A stretch of 64,000 nucleotides of DNA from an uncultured bacterium (GTDB lineage Bacteria > Abyssobacteria > SURF-5): assembly GCA_964607485.1 (NCBI GenBank), contig CAZSKP010000022.1, forward strand, positions 1-64,000. Direction: 5' to 3'. Position numbers and translations under genes: made by a program. Below the pieces are notes generated by a model. The model was not told the DNA's origin. It searched no databases and saw nothing but the letters and a program-made list of their open reading frames with translations. Below, in pieces: positions 59,913 through 64,000 of this stretch; positions within the stretch are counted from its first letter, which is position 1, and the number at the start of each line of letters is the position of its first letter.

Positions 59913-60320
59913 TCACACGCGGCGCCTCTTCGGCGGGCGGCACCCATTGTGCGGTATGGAGGTCACGTCTTTTATCATGTTTATCTGGAGGCCCGCCGCC
60001 TGGAGCGAACGGATCGCCGACTCGCGTCCGGCGCCCGGCCCCTTCACGTGAACCTTTACCTCTTTCAAACCTGCGTCCATGGCTTTCTGAGCGGCGGCCC
60101 TCGCCGTGAGTTGGGCGGCGAACGGAGTGCTCTTGCGCTAGCCCTTGAAGCCGACCGTTCCCGCGCTCGCCCACGAGACGACGTTGCCGTTGGGGTCGGT
60201 GATGGTGACTATCGTGTTGTTGAACGTCGCCTGAATGTGGGCGACACCGCTCGATACGCCCAGGCTCAGCTTCTTCTTTTTGGGCTTCTTTTCCTTGGGT
60301 CCCTTTTTCGGCTTGGCCAC
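59913..60320 (-). CDS. rpsK: 30S ribosomal protein S11, interrupted by an in-frame TAG at 60138-60140
   Basis: [10 protein letters not shown]...[16 protein letters not shown]...[15 protein letters not shown]. Confidence 0.93.
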
Positions 60321-60342
60321 TGTTCAGTACCTCCGGGTCACA

Positions 60343-60711
60343 TCATTTCCTTTTGCCTGCACGCTGCCTGCGGGGCCCTTTCCGAGTGCGCGCGTTGGTG
60401 TGGGTTCTCTGTCCCCTTACCGGGAGCCCCTTGCGGTGTCTCAGTCCTCGGTACGTGCCGATGTCCATCAGGCGTTTGATGTTCGTGGCAATCTCGCGCC
60501 GCAGGTCTCCCTCTATCTGGTGGTCGCGCGAAATGATGGCGGTTATCCTGCGCACCTCGTCATCGCTCAGGTCCTTGACGCGCGTGTTCGGGTTAACGCC
60601 CGAGGCCTCGAGAATCTTGTTCGACTTCGTCCGGCCTACGCCGAAAATGTATGTCAGACCTATCTCCACCCTTTTTTCTCTGGGCAGGTCAACGCCCAAT
60701 ATTCGTGCCAA
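60343..60711 (-). CDS. rpsM: 30S ribosomal protein S13
   Basis: [10 protein letters not shown] and [16 protein letters not shown]. Confidence 0.98.
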   Translation of the reverse strand: MARILGVDLPREKRVEIGLTYIFGVGRTKSNKILEASGVNPNTRVKDLSDDEVRRITAIISRDHQIEGDLRREIATNIKRLMDIGTYRGLRHRKGLPVRGQRTHTNARTRKGPRRQRAGKRK

Positions 60712-60759
60712 TGTTCCTCAACACCTCCCCGCAGTGGCCTTCGGCGTCGCCCGCGGGGG

Positions 60760-60873
60760 CTAGCCTTGCCGCTGCTTGTGTTTCGGGTTAGAACAAATCA
60801 CCCGTACGACGCCCTTGCGTTTCACAATCTTGCATTTTTCGCAGATTTTCTTTACCGATGTCCGTACTTTCAT
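60760..60873 (-). CDS. rpmJ: 50S ribosomal protein L36 (Zn-binding type)
   Basis: [37 protein letters not shown]; below the ORF-track size cutoff. Confidence 0.97.
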   Translation of the reverse strand: MKVRTSVKKICEKCKIVKRKGVVRVICSNPKHKQRQG

Positions 60874-60898
60874 CGTTCACATTCGCTTTCGATACGGC

Positions 60899-61117
60899 TC
60901 ATTTGTAGCGATACACTATTCGTCCCCGTGTGAGGTCATAGGGCGAAAGCTCGACCTTCACCGTGTCGCCGGGCAGAATACGAATGAAATGCATGCGCAT
61001 CTTGCCGGAGATGTGCGCGAGAATGCGATGGCCGTTCTTCAGTTCGACGCGGAACATCGCATTGGGCAAAGGCTCGATGACCGTTCCCTCGACCTCAATG
61101 GGTTCTTCTTTCGCCAT
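60899..61117 (-). CDS. infA: Translation initiation factor IF-1
   Basis: [11 protein letters not shown]...LPNAMFRV...[10 protein letters not shown]. Confidence 0.98.
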   Translation of the reverse strand: MAKEEPIEVEGTVIEPLPNAMFRVELKNGHRILAHISGKMRMHFIRILPGDTVKVELSPYDLTRGRIVYRYK

Positions 61118-61179
61118 AAAAACTTCGTTCCTCAAGGCGGCAACTGCAAGTCGCGCCGGCCCGCCGGTTGAAATCGGCG

Positions 61180-61956
61180 CTAAGCCGCATGCCCGCGTTC
61201 CCCCGCCGGAAGCAGAGACAGTATGTCCGCCTCTCCGTCCGCGACCGCCACCGAATGCTCGAAATGCGCCGACGGACGTCCGTCTTTCGTGACGACGGTC
61301 CAGCGGTCATCCAGCACTCTGACCTCGTACGCGCCGGCGTTCACCATCGGCTCGATAGCCAACACCATGCCCGCCTCTAATCGAGGCCCGAGGTGCGGAC
61401 GGCCGAAGTTGGGAATCTGCGGCTCCTCGTGCATCTGCTGGCCGATGCCGTGGCCGACGAAGTCGCGAACAACGGAGAAGCCGTGCGCCTCGACGTGCGA
61501 CTGAACGGCATGCGAGATGTCGGACAGGCGGTTGCCGCCGCGCGCCTGCTTGATTCCCTCGTACAGCGACTCGCGCGTGACCCGAATCAGCCGCTTCTTC
61601 TCGTCGGAAACCGTGCCCACCGGAAACGTGGCCGCGGTATCGCCGACATATCCTTTATAGACGATTCCGATGTCTATGCTGATTATGTCGCCCTCTTTGA
61701 GGACAACATCGGGCGACGGTATGCCGTGCACCACCTGTTCATTAATCGACGCGCATATTGTCTTCGGGTACCCCCGATAGCCTTTGAAGGCCGGCTTCCC
61801 ATGCGCTTTCGCAATCAGGCGCTCGGCCTTGTTGTCGAGCGTCTCGGTGGATACGCCCGGCTCTATGTCATCGCCAAGCTCCCGCAGAATTCGAGCCACT
61901 ATGTGATTGGCCTCTCGGAGTATCGCCAGCTCGTCCGAAGACCGTATCACTATCAC
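61180..61956 (-). CDS. map: Methionine aminopeptidase type I
   Basis: [26 protein letters not shown] and SAHFEH. Confidence 0.97.
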   Translation of the reverse strand: MIVIRSSDELAILREANHIVARILRELGDDIEPGVSTETLDNKAERLIAKAHGKPAFKGYRGYPKTICASINEQVVHGIPSPDVVLKEGDIISIDIGIVYKGYVGDTAATFPVGTVSDEKKRLIRVTRESLYEGIKQARGGNRLSDISHAVQSHVEAHGFSVVRDFVGHGIGQQMHEEPQIPNFGRPHLGPRLEAGMVLAIEPMVNAGAYEVRVLDDRWTVVTKDGRPSAHFEHSVAVADGEADILSLLPAGERGHAA

Positions 61957-61982
61957 CGCGCTCGCACTCCCACAGGCAGCGT

Positions 61983-62645
61983 TCAGTCCAGCGCTCGGCA
62001 GACGCGCTCGAACACCTCGTCGATAGAGCCTTCGCCCGACACGCTGACGAGCTGCCCGCTTCGTTTATAGTAATCGATGAGGGGCGCGGTCTGCTTCTCG
62101 TAAACCGAGAGCCGGTTTTCTATGGTTTCGCGCTTATCGTCGTCGCGCTGGTAAAGCGTTCCGCCGCACTTGTCGCAAATGCCCTCTTTTGTGGGCTTTT
62201 TCGACATCAGGTTGTAGTTTTCCCCGCAGTCCGAGCAGGTTCGCCTCGCCGTGAGCCTGTTCACCAGCGCTTCCCTGTCCACGGCCAGGTCGAGGACCGC
62301 CGTCAGCGGGCAGCCGCCCTTCTTCAAGATTTCGTCCAGCGCCTCGGCTTGTGGCAGAGTGCGCGGGAAACCGTCGAGCAGAAAACCGCCGGCGCAATCG
62401 TCCTTGTTGATCCTTTCGGCAACTATGTCCGTGACGACCGAATCGGGCACGAGCTCGCCGGAATCGAGATATTTCTTTGCCTTGAGCCCCACCTCGGTGC
62501 CTTCCTTTATGGCGGCCCGAAAGATATCTCCGGTGGAGATGTGGGGGATCGAGTATCGCTTGGCCACCTTGACCGCCTGGGTGCCTTTGCCCGCGCCGGG
62601 CGGTCCGAGCATCACCATGAATCTCTTCTTCTCCGGCTTCGCCAC
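61983..62645 (-). CDS. adk: Adenylate kinase (Zn-lid type)
   Basis: GPPGAGKGTQ, HISTGD, LDGFPRT and CxxC...CxxC lid. Confidence 0.98.
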   Translation of the reverse strand: MAKPEKKRFMVMLGPPGAGKGTQAVKVAKRYSIPHISTGDIFRAAIKEGTEVGLKAKKYLDSGELVPDSVVTDIVAERINKDDCAGGFLLDGFPRTLPQAEALDEILKKGGCPLTAVLDLAVDREALVNRLTARRTCSDCGENYNLMSKKPTKEGICDKCGGTLYQRDDDKRETIENRLSVYEKQTAPLIDYYKRSGQLVSVSGEGSIDEVFERVCRALD

Positions 62646-62676
62646 TTCATCCTCCTTCGCTATACCGTGAGGGCTC

Positions 62677-63999
62677 TCAGAACCTGCGCGCCCTGACGCG
62701 TCCTTTCTTCATAAAGCCGTCGTAATGCCGCATCAGAAGATGGGATTCTATCTGCTGTATCGTGTCGAGGGCGACCCCGACTATGATGAGAAGGCTCGTG
62801 CCGCCGAAGAAGCTGGAGATCAGGTAGTCCACTCGCATGCCGTGGCTTATTATCGTGGGTATGACCGCCACGAAGGCGAGCGCGATCGCCCCCGGCAGGG
62901 TTATGCGCGTCATTATTCGGTCCAGATACTCGGCGGTGGGCCTGCCCGGCCTTATGCCGGGCACGAATCCCCCGTATTTCTTCAGATTATCGGCGACGTC
63001 AATCGGATTGAACGTAATCGCCGTGTAGAAATAGGTAAAAAATATGATCAGCACAACGTAGCTGATATTGTATAGCATCGCTCCCGGCGCGAGCAAATCG
63101 ACCAGCGCTTGCATGGCGCCCGTGTGGAAAAACTGGGCGATCGTCGGCGGAAAAAGCAGCAGCGACGCCGCGAATATTATGGGAATCACTCCCGCCTGGT
63201 TGACTCTGAGCGGGAGCCATGTGCTCTGGCCGCCGTACACCTTGCGCCCTTTTATCTGTTTTGCGTATTGAACCGGAATTTTGCGCTGCGCCTGCGTGAG
63301 CACTATCACGCCGGCCGTGGTGGCCACGAGGAGCACGAGCAGGACGACCATTTTGAATATGCTCATCTCGCCGATCTGGATGTTCCTCGCGAGCAGCGCA
63401 AGCGCGGTCGGCATTCCTGCGACGATCCCCGCGAAAATTATCAGTGATATCCCGTTTCCGACGCCCCGTTCGGTTATCTGCTCGCCAAGCCACATGATGA
63501 AGCATGTGCCGGTCGTGAAAGTGACCATGGTCAGCAGAATGAATCCTATTCCCGGATGGGGAACGATAACCTTTCCGCCGAAATTGCTCGGATTCGAGAG
63601 CCACAAGCTGATGCCGAGCGACTGGACCGCCGTCAGCGCGACGGTTCCGTAACGGGTCCACTGCGTCAGTTTCCTCCGTCCCTCCTCGCCCTCCTTCGAC
63701 ATCTTCTGGAAGTAGGGTATCACGGCGACGAGCAGCTGCAGTATGATCGACGCGCTGATGTAAGGCATGATGCCCAGCGCGAAGATGGTCATGCGCCTGA
63801 AGGCGCCGCCGGCAAAGAGGTCTGCAAACCCGAGCAGCGTGTTCTGGCGCTCGGTCACAAACTCGGCCAGCACCCTCCCGTTGATTCCCGGCGTGGGCAC
63901 GTGTCCGCCGAGTCTGTAGATGGCCAGCAACACGACGGTGAATATGATGCGGTTCTTAAGCTCGGGTATCTTAAACGCATTCTGGAATGCGTTCAACAA
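62677..63999 (-). CDS. secY: Preprotein translocase SecY
   Basis: FALGIMPYISASI, GVGNGIS, PGIRPG and GGTSLLI. Confidence 0.98.
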   Translation of the reverse strand: MLNAFQNAFKIPELKNRIIFTVVLLAIYRLGGHVPTPGINGRVLAEFVTERQNTLLGFADLFAGGAFRRMTIFALGIMPYISASIILQLLVAVIPYFQKMSKEGEEGRRKLTQWTRYGTVALTAVQSLGISLWLSNPSNFGGKVIVPHPGIGFILLTMVTFTTGTCFIMWLGEQITERGVGNGISLIIFAGIVAGMPTALALLARNIQIGEMSIFKMVVLLVLLVATTAGVIVLTQAQRKIPVQYAKQIKGRKVYGGQSTWLPLRVNQAGVIPIIFAASLLLFPPTIAQFFHTGAMQALVDLLAPGAMLYNISYVVLIIFFTYFYTAITFNPIDVADNLKKYGGFVPGIRPGRPTAEYLDRIMTRITLPGAIALAFVAVIPTIISHGMRVDYLISSFFGGTSLLIIVGVALDTIQQIESHLLMRHYDGFMKKGRVRARRF

Positions 64000-64000
64000 T

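Noticed and set aside
60138-60140. Genome-wide TAG reassignment or pyrrolysine
   Set aside because: TAG terminates topA, rpsD and rpmJ at their expected ends; no other in-frame TAG was noticed in conserved genes, and no pyl genes are in the window.
58084-60479. Long plus-strand ORFs (353 aa and 419 aa)
   Set aside because: Antisense shadows of rpoA, rpsD and rpsK.

Overview
GC-rich bacterial chromosomal segment, mostly housekeeping. Left end: the 5' end of tuf, preceded by the Thr-Tyr-Gly-Thr tRNA cluster. Right end: secY-adk-map-infA-rpmJ-rpsM-rpsK-rpsD-rpoA-rplQ. In between: a REC-GGDEF gene; a tupABC-moaC-MOSC-mogA operon under a Moco/Wco-type riboswitch; about eight GT-C-like polytopic membrane proteins, including a tandem duplicate pair; NYN-topA-xerC-hslV; a four-gene two-component cluster with degenerate kinase parts; pcm-uvrA; gshA; rfbD; comF; and HU. 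Most notable: (1) an AT-richer, stand-alone 1478-aa gene (18713-23149) with a SAMD9-like core (SIR2-like, STAND-like NTPase, TPR, OB-like tail) whose N-terminal effector slot holds an apparently intact kinase-like domain, a candidate kinase-armed anti-phage system; (2) a selenoprotein missed by the ORF track (52304-53701: CGU motif plus SECIS, UshA-like domain fused to a multiheme cytochrome c); (3) an in-frame TAG in rpsK; (4) an MFS gene that appears to start at ATT; (5) two unannotated small ORFs. All calls come from reading motifs by eye, with no database searches run, and some start codons are estimates.
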